Part shown: positions 55,001 to 64,000 of the stretch, piece by piece | Layout: each line of letters begins with the position of its first letter | Numbering within the stretch: position 1 is the first letter of the stretch | Assembly (NCBI GenBank): GCA_964035545.1 | Contig: OZ037766.1 | Span: 4,950,722 to 5,014,721, forward strand | DNA from: Bugula neritina | Taxonomy: Eukaryota > Animalia > Bryozoa | DNA length: 64,000 nucleotides | Direction of reading: 5' to 3' | The notes under the pieces: generated by a model | Databases searched by the model: none | What the model saw: only the letters and a program-made list of their open reading frames with translations | Told to the model about the DNA's origin: nothing | Made by a program: the position numbers and the translations under genes

Positions 55001-58000
55001 TTGATATTGGGATGTTTCAGAATTTAGTGAAACATTTGAATGGATAGAGAGATAAGGTTTTACTTCAAATAGGGGAATTTTGTTTTTTTCTCTCGGTTGA
55101 TGCTTTTAGTCCGTTGTTTAAATTTATAAAACAATTTTCTAAAATATAATATAGTGATTTGATGTTTATACTGCTTTTAGAGTGGGGCAAAAAATAAAAG
55201 TAAATGGCAACTGGCCAAGTCTGGTTCCAGTTCAAGAAAGTTAGGTAAGACGATAAATAATACATGTGCCAGGTAAAGGATATTGCATATATTATTATTT
55301 GTTATATCCCCAAAAGTATATAAAAACATGTTTTAAAATTTTGCAGTGTATAATTTTACTCATATATACTGTCAGGCTAAATCTACTAGGTGTTTGTGCA
55401 AACTTATTCAAATTTTTACAAGTAATCAACATATTTAAATTACTCTTGATATTTTGCAATGGATAATGAAAATGTGTTGAAAACAACACAAAGATAAATT
55501 TATCTCCAAGTTTTCAAGACATTTAGTATAGAAAATCTAATTGAAATGCTAGTGTATTATTATATAGTTTCAATTTGTAACCTACCCATAGCTTTCTTAA
55601 ACACCTTAGTATTTAATTCAAGTGTAACCACCTGACAAAACATTTAATGAAAAAAGATTTTTCTTTCATTATGTATAGCTGTTGTAAGATCTTTACACAC
55701 TGAAGACAAGATCTTAGTCTAATTAGCAAGCGAAATGAGCGCTCATTTGCTTATTTAAAAAGTTTTTTGAAATAACTTTTAGTACACCTATAAACAATGT
55801 TTCACCGTGAGAAAGCTGCTTCCAGGCTATTGATTTGTTGGCTTCCAAAATATTTATGTTTTGTTATATAAAGCCTACTTGCTGGAGAAACCCAGTGCTG
55901 TTATTAGTTGCTCAGTTATATATGCTGAAATAATTACTGAAGCTGATATGAATAATCTTGTTATGTGTAGAGTTGTCAAATCCTGCTGTTTTCTTGAGCA
56001 TAAAGCCAAGTATAAACTTTTTCAGTATTCTAACCAGAGTTTTCACATTTACACCATTTTTCGAAGTGATGCTTGCTGTATACATTGCTTTACTGTCTTC
56101 TTATTAAGTCATATAACTATAAAATGTTTATTGATATACATTTTACATATGGCTAACACTAATTGCTCCCTGCAAACGCTCAGCAAAGCGCTACTAATAT
56201 TGCTCTGCTATTTTGATATTGCCTGTGCTTATAAAAAATTGCTACAAAAAATTGTGTGGCAATAAACACAGTGCTACTAATTTTTACTAGTGGATCAATG
56301 TTGAATTTTGACAAAAGGACAACAATGGTTTCAAAAATTGGAAGTCTCCACAGCAAGGTAAAGTACTAACTTGAAGTATTTGCATGAAATGCTGTTACCA
56401 CTTGACTTTTCTAAAACTTTTTATTCACAATTTATACTATAAGCAACTGTATTTTGAACAACAGACAAACAACAAATATTGATGTATTTTAGAAAAAGCG
56501 TCCTATTAGTTCTAAAAGCAGAAACGATTTTGAGCGATACTCTGATTCCTATCGTAAGTAATGTCTTTCCTTATCTGGTTAACCACCTCCAGCTCTTTGT
56601 CCTTCACAACCTTCTTTCTTAGCCTTATCTATATTTACAACATATATTTAACATTACTTTGTTAATGTTAAATTGATGTGGGAAAATAACAGATTTTCAT
56701 TTTGAGGAATAATTGCTTAACATGTAGTGTTGATATTTAGCTGGGTAATTAGTTACTAGTCAACCCTATACCAGTAATGTGACGTTGATTGCTATCTGTT
56801 ACTAATCTACTGTTTTGTTTGTTATTTGAAACTTTTAAAAGAATTATTTAGACTAACTAAGATATTTATGCAGTATGAAATATTAACAGTTTTATAGTTT
56901 TAAAACAGTTATCTGTTTTTAGCTAAATAATGCAGCATAAAAAAATAATTGAAAAAATTATGGTCAAAGTAAATCTAATAGATTGGAGTGGCGCATAAGC
57001 TATGCAAGCAAATATCTATGGGGTCAATTATTTCAATTATACTGACCAACCCTGCTTCTTTATCTGAACCTCTTTGTTATACTTTATAGAAATGAAGCTT
57101 TTGCACGAAGAAAATATGGCTTCTATTTTGTCAGCCGCAAAAGTGAGTATAGAATTGACCAGCTGTTCACAAATAGATTTGTAAACTTAGTTTTAATGCT
57201 ATGTGTTATTTCACAACTTTTTCAAATTGCTTTTTTTAGCATTTGGCATCATCAAGCTTGCATCAAGAAAATAAAAAATTTAATAAGGATATTGTTTCTA
57301 AACTGATTCAAAAATGGAAAAAAGGTTTGCAAATGGATGAACATTTGATTGCTAGCTTGCCCTCCAGTCAGCGCGATGAGATGCGTCAGCTGTTTGGTGA
57401 GTTATGAAAGGTTTTTATTCATCAGGTTAAATTAGTATATTCGTTAGATGACTTCTATTTTTATTTTCAATTTTTTCTGTTTTGAAGTTTTTTTCTCCTC
57501 AACAAGACATTAATTATACTTTTTGACATTCTCTAGCTGCTTACCATATGTATGATAGGTTCTGATTTGCCTAAAATGTTCCAACCGACCTTCGAATCAA
57601 CCGTAGCACCAATTGTAGAACTAAAGGAAGAGTCTGCCATGGAGGAGGTAAAAAGCCAATTTGAGTTTACACACTGATTAGATTTTCAATAAAGCATTCT
57701 TACAAACTTATCAAACTTGCAAGATTATGTATTATACTGAAATGTGTAGTCTTTAAATTTGTGAAGTATATTTCACAATTTTATTCAATTTTTAGCTGTT
57801 ATAATATTATAGAAAGCTTTCTTTAGAGTTTTCTAATAGCCACTTAAATTTTTATTGGTGTGTTATATGCCATTTCGATCATGAAATTTATTCATGCTTT
57901 AGCCAAGTCAGCTGAATAAAGTAACAAGAAAAAAGACGGCCATATTGAAAAAGAAAAAAGATTTTACAAAGCAAAGGCAGTTGGAACATGTTGCCAGAAA

Positions 58001-59991
58001 AATGACTAAAGCTAATAAGTATAGTTTCCGGGCATATGCTAGAACTATTATGGCAGGTATCCAGGTTAGTCTTGTAGTTGTTCTCAATTCTTTACATATT
58101 AAATCTGAATTAACTGTTGATGAAACAATGTCTATTTTGCTTATTTTGCTTTTGACAAAGGTAAATATGTATTTATTTTAGTTGTCTGCTAGGCGAATGG
58201 GTAAAAGAAAATTTGCACAGTTGTATGAACTAGCTTTAACTAACAGCGTAAGTGATTCTTCTTACATTCTGTATAATCTATACCAAAGTCATTTGATTGT
58301 TTCTTTCACCAGCTTTGACTAGTAATTATTAACTGAGTTGTAAATGTAAACATTTGCTCCAACGTCATGTTTTTTGTAGACTTCTGCCACAAATTCTTAT
58401 AAAGATGCACCTGAGCATTTCAAACCTTCAAATCATGACATCCGAAGTTATTCTAAACAGGCATTACCAACCACCAGTTTTATTCTGGATTTGATTCCTG
58501 GGTCTTCAAATATTGACTTGTCTAATAATTTGAAAACCTCTCCACACTTAACATCAAAGCATCCTTCGGGTAAAATGTTAAAGCCGGCGACCAAGTTCAA
58601 ACAAAACATGCCTGTGGAACCAATGTTAAGACTTTCTTCTTCACATCACCTGAAGGACAACCATCGTGTGACTTTTTCTAGAAGTATTGTATCATTCAAA
58701 TCTAGCCAATACAGTGACTCGAACATTTTGCCTAAAAGATCTATCTCTAAGCACGTTTACTTCGACTCAAATGCTGTTCGTGACCTGCATACTGTATCAA
58801 AAAAAGAAGTTCGCTTCACTTTCAGCTATGATGAGGAATCAAGCTGGGATTCCATCAGTTTGCCAGGCTCTGTAAACAATCTTTATGAAATTGCAAGGTG
58901 TGTAAATAATACATGTTACTTACATTCCTTTACCTTATTTATATACAACAATTAAACATTGTAACAGTTCTCTGAATAAGGTGCTTCTTGTTAGTATTAT
59001 TTGTTTTTAGCAAACTAAGCACTGCTGTGCCAAAGCAGCTGACTGTGGCTGAATCTGTAGCTAAACTGAAAAACATTCTGCATTTGGATATGAATGAAAC
59101 AGTTGCAATAGAAAAACATGATGATTTGCCAGGTAAAAGGGTTTTTATCTTTCATTTGCAAATTCTCTGACTGGTTGTTTTGTAAATTATTTTTTATTGA
59201 AGAGTTTTCAATCGCATCTCAAGTGCAGTTTTGTCATTATTTTGACTTGATTCTTTTTACAGACTCAAATTTAATAACTGAATTGAAGCAAACGGATACA
59301 GATACTGGGCAAGAAAACTTGATAGACTATAATCTCCTTACTCCGTTAGTAGTTTATACTGGTTTTTAATCAAGTGCGATGAAAAATTATTTGGTGCAAA
59401 TAAAACAAATTGAGACTGCTTTTTTAATAATTATATTATTTTTATTTTAGATCTGGGCTTCTAAAAGAACTTAATTTGTTGCTCGTAGAAAAAAATTTGC
59501 ATCATGTTCACTCACCAGGTAATATATCTTTTTTATTTATAGTTCTTGGCTGGCGCTAAAATATGGCAATTCTTATTGGCGAAAGTTATAATCAGGCATG
59601 TGTATTAGGGAGGTTTACTGCTTAAAATCTTTACTTAATTTATTTTCTATTAAAATGTCATTTACTGCACATTGCAACGGTAACTTAAACAAATTGTTGC
59701 AAACTTTAATATATGGTTGCTCTCTTTAATTACTGCTATAAATCTATATCATTAAAGACTTTCTTTGATTTGCTTGTATTACTTTGTACTGTAACACAAC
59801 TGTGATTTTATGTTTTACTTTAGACAAGTTACCAACATTAGAAAAAAATGCTTCACCATCTTCATTACACTCTGGATCAGTGACAGAACTGCCAATGCAA
59901 GTAAACATAAAAGAAAATGTCAAACTGGAAAGTCAAGATATACTATCAGATTTTAGAACTTGGCTTCAGATGCATTTAAAAGATTTTCATA
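29714..59991 (+). CDS. Large WD40-repeat protein, WDR87/WDR97-like; many exons; incomplete, apparently continues beyond the window
   Basis: WD repeats LLTASKDGTIKLW, AHTDAVTG, LFSCSLDFTIKVW, LLSCSKDFKIKVW, FATTSADGFLKIW; motif IAPDGYIPNSVIR (recalled from the WDR87/97 family); then helical HEAT-like exons and a low-complexity tail. Exon phases that I checked are compatible up to the donor at 59992. A split into two genes cannot be excluded. Confidence 0.65.
30421..32928 (+). CDS. LINE reverse transcriptase ORF with C-terminal C2H2 finger; first ~33-40 codons probably host intron
   Basis: KAAGPDGIP, NYRGISLLS, QCGFR, FIDLKKAFD, GVKQGC, QYADD, YLG, CPHCGKLCRSRIGLVSHLKTH. Confidence 0.92.
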   Translation: MIIITKVISAISLLVTLYNRHPIVYSVSKVLLLGLQRYSMNRKRKQTKINLSLLNQPEIKQGFQSELTENIQDIDINSTHGSWEVLRDSILKTCHSTLGKPERKHEDWFDDNEQEINELMKEKRHAFSLWHQDYRNVGKREHYHKMRGKVQARIRTIKNDWWIRKSEELQRLAETNSSKEFFSATKRLYGPIFGGCGPIASKDGSTIHKGKDEIKGRWAEHFSELLNQDTMVDEKTLECLPQLSILTHLAEPPTIDELEKALSMTKSGKAAGPDGIPGEIFKGGGLELNRKLLELFQLIWEKESLHPDLKDANIVTLYKKGNRADCGNYRGISLLSIAGKLLARIVSFRLGQLTERCLPESQCGFRPYRGTVDMIFAARQIQEKCLEQHRDLFMAFIDLKKAFDTVHRPTLWKVLGKIGCPDKLVTIIRILHDDMKASVLVDGDHSKEFPVNTGVKQGCVIAPTLFSIFLTAVLQLVSECMPSGVRIRYRFNDIFNVRRLRAKTKTATEAIHELQYADDNMIMAHSEEELQLALTAFNTAYTSLGLTLNAKKTQVMYQPHPNTERHEDFSLKVGDQILDQVTTFNYLGSCLSSKANIDAEINRRLQAASSAFGRLQTRVFNNKDIYRQTKLKVYKAIVLPTLLYASETWVTYSHNLLSLEKFHNRSLRRILGVKWQDRQTTNSVLDKAQTTSITTMIVKRQLKWSGHVVRMDDNRLPKKIMYSELNTGNRSQGGQRKRYKDTLHESLKQCFIRPQTWEVQALDRKNWRTVVHQGTAIFEQQQRQKREHKRLLRKSRELCSATHPPVTDSSNICPHCGKLCRSRIGLVSHLKTHNL
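30519..33024 (+). mobile_element. 5'-truncated non-LTR retrotransposon (RTE-like LINE) in a WD40-gene intron
   Basis: RT ORF without an APE endonuclease; 3' stem-loop CTCG-tcaca-CGAG; more GC-rich than the host. Boundaries approximate. Confidence 0.88.
34642..35817 (+). repeat. Two diverged copies (~34642-34769 and ~35681-35817) of a ~130-bp interspersed repeat
   Basis: Shared collinear blocks aaaagtat.cataa, ctacaccaggaaaa, agtgcataaa, aagtaaagaa, catcagtt..tcacaa. Confidence 0.7.
36431..36503 (+). tRNA. tRNA-Ala (anticodon AGC), copy 1
   Basis: GGGGGTG/CACCTCC acceptor stem with G3:U70, A and B boxes, anticodon loop TTAGCAT, followed by an oligo-T Pol III terminator. Confidence 0.97.
36809..36881 (+). 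tRNA. tRNA-Ala (anticodon AGC), copy 2
   Basis: Identical to copy 1; TTTTT terminator about 8 nt downstream. Confidence 0.97.
40473..40542. repeat. (AT)n microsatellite
   Basis: Directly visible. Confidence 0.95.
41227..42079. repeat. 36-bp minisatellite (~24 units; CATCTCATTGTAGTGTATTACACAGTATAAATATAC)
   Basis: Directly visible tandem units; produces spurious 12-aa-repeat ORFs on both strands. Confidence 0.97.
42969..43022. repeat. (AT)n microsatellite
   Basis: Directly visible. Confidence 0.95.
51909..52043. repeat. Degenerate tandem repeat (ATATAGCAAATATGACATGTATAGT-like units)
   Basis: Repeated atatagcaaatat and tatagtatat blocks. Confidence 0.75.
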
Positions 59992-60041
59992 GTAAGGAAA
60001 CGTTATTCTGTTGATTTATCAGACCAGGAATTCAATAGTAG

Positions 60042-60415
60042 TGTGATGGATTTGTGTCTCCAGACTGCCGAGACCGGCGCTTCGGTGTTCCGAAATGCCG
60101 ATATACCGAATATCGGCAGATCGGGGTACCGAAGTGTCGGGGTGCCAGTTTCGGCGTTTCGGATCCCCGAAACGCCGAAATTCGGCATTTCGGGCCTCCG
60201 ATCTCGGCAGAAAGGAATGTCTTTGTCTGCACACATATATAAAGCCAGCGAGTTCCAGTGTAAATCAGACTACTACTGGAGCTCGCTGGTAGTAGGACCA
60301 CATAGGCTGTATTTGATGCTAATAAAGTTATCTTCATTCGTATTCAAAATACTTGGCTTATTCTCTCTAGAGCATGTAGGCACTAGTTGCATTCAAAACC
60401 CACAAGTTTACTACA
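60042..60415 (+). repeat. 5' LTR (TGT...ACA) with TATA box 60236-60243 and AATAAA 60321-60326
   Basis: Ends in CA just before the PBS. The 5' boundary is inferred because the 3' LTR is outside the window. Confidence 0.75.
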
Positions 60416-60416
60416 T

Positions 60417-60434
60417 TGGTGGCAGCGGTGGGAT
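60417..60434 (+). promoter_or_regulatory. Primer-binding site complementary to the 3' end of tRNA-Leu
   Basis: TGGTGGCAGCGGTGGGAT is the reverse complement of ATCCCACCGCTGCCA-CCA, the typical metazoan tRNA-Leu(AAG/TAG) end. Confidence 0.85.
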
Positions 60435-60465
60435 TTTCGAATAACTAGTTGCCGAGCGGCACGCA

Positions 60466-61371
60466 ATGGCCCCAGGGGACACAGCCCCTGAGGCAGCAAC
60501 ACCACCAGCCCTCACTGTTGAGGCGCTGGTCACAGCCCTCCAGGGATTGCGGGGGCAAGGACAGGCATCACCTGGTGACAGGTATCGCCTCCAGCCCCCG
60601 AATTTCGGAGGAGAAGGAGACGTAGAGCAATTCATCAAGGAGTTCCAGGATGTGGCCACCATCGCTGAATGGCCAGTACCGGTGCGCATCCTCCAACTTC
60701 GGGCCTGTCTGACAGGCCGGGCCAAGAACTTCGCTCTTGGGCCTGATGAAGAGCACATCATGCGGGCTCTCAGAGCCCGGTTCGGCCTAACAACCGAAGA
60801 AGCAGCTGATCGTTTGCAGATCATGAGGAGGGACCGGAGGACTCCCCTGGAAGACCACGCAAACGAGGTAGAGCGCCTGGCTCAGGCTGCTTTCGGTCAC
60901 GCCACTGGCAATGACCGGAAGCGCCTCGTTTACAACGCGTTCTTCCGGAGCGTGAATCACCCGGACCTGCAGCGATACTGGCTGGCCGCCAAGGTCAACA
61001 GTATAGAGGAAGCGCTGGAAATGGGGAAGGCTTACTTCCAGGTGGAAGAGCCTAGGCGACCGAGCTATACAGCCCGCCAAGTGGTCGAGGAGCATGAGGA
61101 GACCACCCCACTTCCAACTCCACAGGTAGCAGCAGCTGCAACTAAATCACCCGAGCAGACGCAGCTCACCATGTTAATGGACATGATGAAAGGCCTGCAG
61201 GCTACGGTGACAAAGTTGCAGAGCGAACAGGCGGATAGGCGGGCTCCCCGATCACGGGACAACCCTGTCCGCCCATCTCTGCTAACCTGTTGGGGGTGCG
61301 GGGCGCAAGGGCACGTGAGGAGGCACTGCCCTAGAGGCCAAGGGCCTTTAAACACCCAAGGCTCACGGTAA
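60466..61371 (+). CDS. gag: Retrotransposon Gag with CCHC zinc knuckle
   Basis: PPNFGG..DVEQFIKEF, LTGRA, LRARFG capsid-like motifs; CWGCGAQGHVRRHC. Confidence 0.92.
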   Translation: MAPGDTAPEAATPPALTVEALVTALQGLRGQGQASPGDRYRLQPPNFGGEGDVEQFIKEFQDVATIAEWPVPVRILQLRACLTGRAKNFALGPDEEHIMRALRARFGLTTEEAADRLQIMRRDRRTPLEDHANEVERLAQAAFGHATGNDRKRLVYNAFFRSVNHPDLQRYWLAAKVNSIEEALEMGKAYFQVEEPRRPSYTARQVVEEHEETTPLPTPQVAAAATKSPEQTQLTMLMDMMKGLQATVTKLQSEQADRRAPRSRDNPVRPSLLTCWGCGAQGHVRRHCPRGQGPLNTQGSR

Positions 61372-64000
61372 CTTCCGCCAACCGTGGGCCTCACGCCAAT
61401 CCCATCCGGGATAGGACTCAAAGAGGAGAAGAAGAGACCTCCACAGGGTCTGCCGATACCGAGTGGCAGAGGCCACGGAGACCTCGGAGACCGCAAGGTC
61501 TACCCGATCCTCCGGCCGTGTCACTCGAGACCCGGATGCAGCTAGAAGAAGCAGGATGGCAGGCACCTCGGAGATCTCGGAGACCGCAAGGTCTACCCGA
61601 TCCTCCAGCCTGGCCACTCCGTAACCGGTTCGCGGGGTTGCCCGAGGAGGTTGTGGAAGAGGATTCAGCTTACTCGCAAGAGTACCCCAAGCTACCCTCC
61701 CGACCTCAGAAAACCCCCGTTGTCTCTAAGACGAAGAGGAGGCCCGCTGTGCGGACCCAAGTTGTGTCTCCCCCAGAGACTGACCACTCCAGGAGCACCC
61801 AGCCGTATGGAAGCAGCTACTTCCTGCCCGGAAAGATTTCGGGTAAAGCTGCCACATTCCTACTGGATACTGGGTGCACTACCAACCTGCTGAGTAGGCG
61901 TCTCTTTGACACTCTTGGTGCACGAGAGCGGGCGAGCCTCGAGCCGTATGAAGGTGCGCATGGTACGTTGGCGGACGGATCATGCATTCCTTTCTACGGC
62001 GTCATTTCACTACCTGGACGCGTCCGTGATCAAGCAATTCACGAGACGTTCATAGTCAGCCAGCTGAAGGAGGACGCCATCCTGGGAATGCCGTTTCTGG
62101 AGAAACACCAGTGTCACATGGATTTCCAGAAGTCAGTGGTGGTGATGGCTGGGAAGGAGCTTGTCTGCGTTGACAAGTTCGGAAGGCCCTTGGTGGGCGG
62201 AGTCCAGGTAGTGCGGGACTGCACGGTTCCGGGGAGATCCCAGGCGACTCTTCGCTGCAGAGTCAACTGCAAGGGGATCGCCGGCCTGGGGGTGGTTGAG
62301 GGAACGCACGGAGCGATCCGACTAGCAAACAGCCTGAATCGGCTAGATTGTCGGCAGGAGCTCCTCGTGCAGTGCATCAACCCCTTCACGGAACCTATCC
62401 GATTATCGGCTGGAGCGCTGGTGGGGAAGTACCACTCCATCCAGGAAGCGGATGTGGGTCCGGCACTGGAGACAGTGGCCGACACCCAGGGTAAACCCCC
62501 TCACACCAGACGAGGAGCAGTCCCGGAGCATGTGGCTGACCTATACGATGGAGCGTGCGGAAACTGTACCAGTAGTACTGAACGCCAAGTACTGGCTCAA
62601 CTACTTGCAGAGTACAGTGATGTCTTCAGTCGTGGCGATGAAGACATGGGGCTGACCAAAGTCATCTCCCACGAGATACCCCTGGCAGCCGGCACCACTC
62701 CCATCAGGCAGCCTACCCGGCGTCTAGGCCCGGAGAAGGAGAAGGAGGTGAGCCGACAGGTACAGGATCTTCTCGACCGGAATCTGATTGAGCCTGCCCA
62801 CGGTGCGTGGAGCTCTCCAGTAGTCCTGGTCAAGAAGAAGGATGGTAGCTGGAGATTCTGCGTGGACTACCGCAGACTCAACAGCGTTACCATCCAGGAC
62901 GCCTACCCTCTCCCACGGATAGATGAGTCTCTAGATGCCCTCGCGGGTAGCAAGTACTTCAGTACTTTGGATCTGCTTAGCGGGTACTGGCAAGTACCCC
63001 TCAGTCCTGATGCCCAGGACAAAGCAGCATTCATCACTCGCGACGGGCTCTGGAAGTGGAAAGTACTGCCATTTGGACTAACGTCCGCTCCGGCAACTTT
63101 CCAACGGCTCATGGAGCAGGTCCTCAGTGGGTTACACTGGAAGACCCTCCTCATCTATCTAGACGACGTCATTGTCATTTCCCCAGACTTCTCGACTCAT
63201 GTCAGTCGCCTGCGGGAAGTCTTTGACCGTCTCCGGGCAGCTGGACTGAAGCTGAAGCCCTCCAAGTGTGCGCTCCTGCAGCCGGAAGTCACGTACCTTG
63301 GCCATGTGGTTGGCCGTGATGGGGTCGCTACCGACCCGGAGAAGGTACAGGCTGTGAAGGAGTGGACTGTCCCCCGTGACCTCCCTGAGTTGCGCGCGTT
63401 CCTGGGCCTAGTAGGGTACTACCGGCAGTACATACCTGGCTTCGCAGGAGTGGCCCAGCCGTTAAATCGGCTGACCGCAAAGGGGGTCCGGTGGCAGTGG
63501 ACACAGGAGGAGCAGCAGGCATTTGACCACCTCAAGCAGCGGCTAATGGAGGCGCCAATTCTGGCGTATCCTGACCCAGCCCAAGAGTACATCCTGGACA
63601 CTGACGCCAGCGACCACAGCGTGGGAGCTGTCCTGTCTCAAGTCCAGGGTGGAAGTGAGGTGGTCGTAGCTTACTACAGCAAGACTCTCGCAGCCGCCGA
63701 GAAGAACTACTGCACCACTAGGAAGGAACTCCTAGCAGTAGTCAAGGCGGTCAAGCACTTTCGGCCATATCTGTATGGGAGAACGTTCCGTTTGCGAACA
63801 GACCATGCATCACTGATATGGCTGTGTAAACGTGCAGAGCCCTCGAGCCAGGTGGCTCGTTGGCTAGAGATTCTTGCCGAGTTCTCTTACCGGATAGAGC
63901 ACCGTGCTGGCCGGAAGCACGGGAACGCCGACGGCATGAGCCGCCGGCCGGTAGGAGACTGTAAGCAGTGCCTGCACATTGAGAAGCGGGACGGGGGACC
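61353..64000 (+). CDS. pol: Pol polyprotein (protease, RT, RNase H; integrase beyond window), in the -1 frame relative to gag
   Basis: Open from the slippery site: LLDTGC (protease), WSSPVVLVKKKDGSWRFCVDYRRLN, LPFGL, YLDD, LDTDAS, TDHASL, HGNADGMSR. Missing from the ORF track because no stop occurs within the window. Confidence 0.93.

Larger units (their letters stand above)
60042..64000 (+). mobile_element. Ty3/gypsy LTR retrotransposon, 5' part (LTR, PBS, gag, pol), runs off the window
   Basis: TG...CA LTR, PBS, CCHC gag, PR-RT-RNaseH domain order, abrupt GC shift relative to host. Confidence 0.95.

Noticed and set aside
60003-60444. Multiple overlapping ORFs in the LTR
   Set aside because: GC-rich palindromic sequence lacks stops; no recognisable protein motifs.
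60411-63601. Antisense and alternate-frame ORFs over gag/pol
   Set aside because: Shadow ORFs of GC-rich coding sequence.

Overview
AT-rich, intron-dense eukaryotic DNA, most likely from an invertebrate animal (inferred from gene content and TE types; species not determinable). Manual exon stitching supports seven protein-coding genes: an intronless protein with two putative Tubby/LURP/scramblase-like domains (+), a BTB-only KCTD1/15-like gene (+), TAF1A (-), a divergent HSF2BP/MEILB2-like gene (+), DPH5 (-), an EF-hand-less calpain starting MGCNTS (+), and a very large WDR87/WDR97-like WD40 gene (+, from 29.7 kb, apparently continuing past the window end). Introns of the WD40 gene carry a 5'-truncated RTE-type LINE with an intact frame, two identical tRNA-Ala(AGC) genes, a 36-bp minisatellite abutting a splice acceptor, and a young Ty3/gypsy element. 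That element has a tRNA-Leu PBS, a -1 frameshift signal and an unusual 8-bp-phased CCGA/TCGG array in its LTR. All family calls are from motif recognition by eye; no searches were run. I found no clear-cut novel multi-gene system. The best leads are the LTR array, the tandem TULIP-like protein, the acylated calpain and the MEILB2-like gene.
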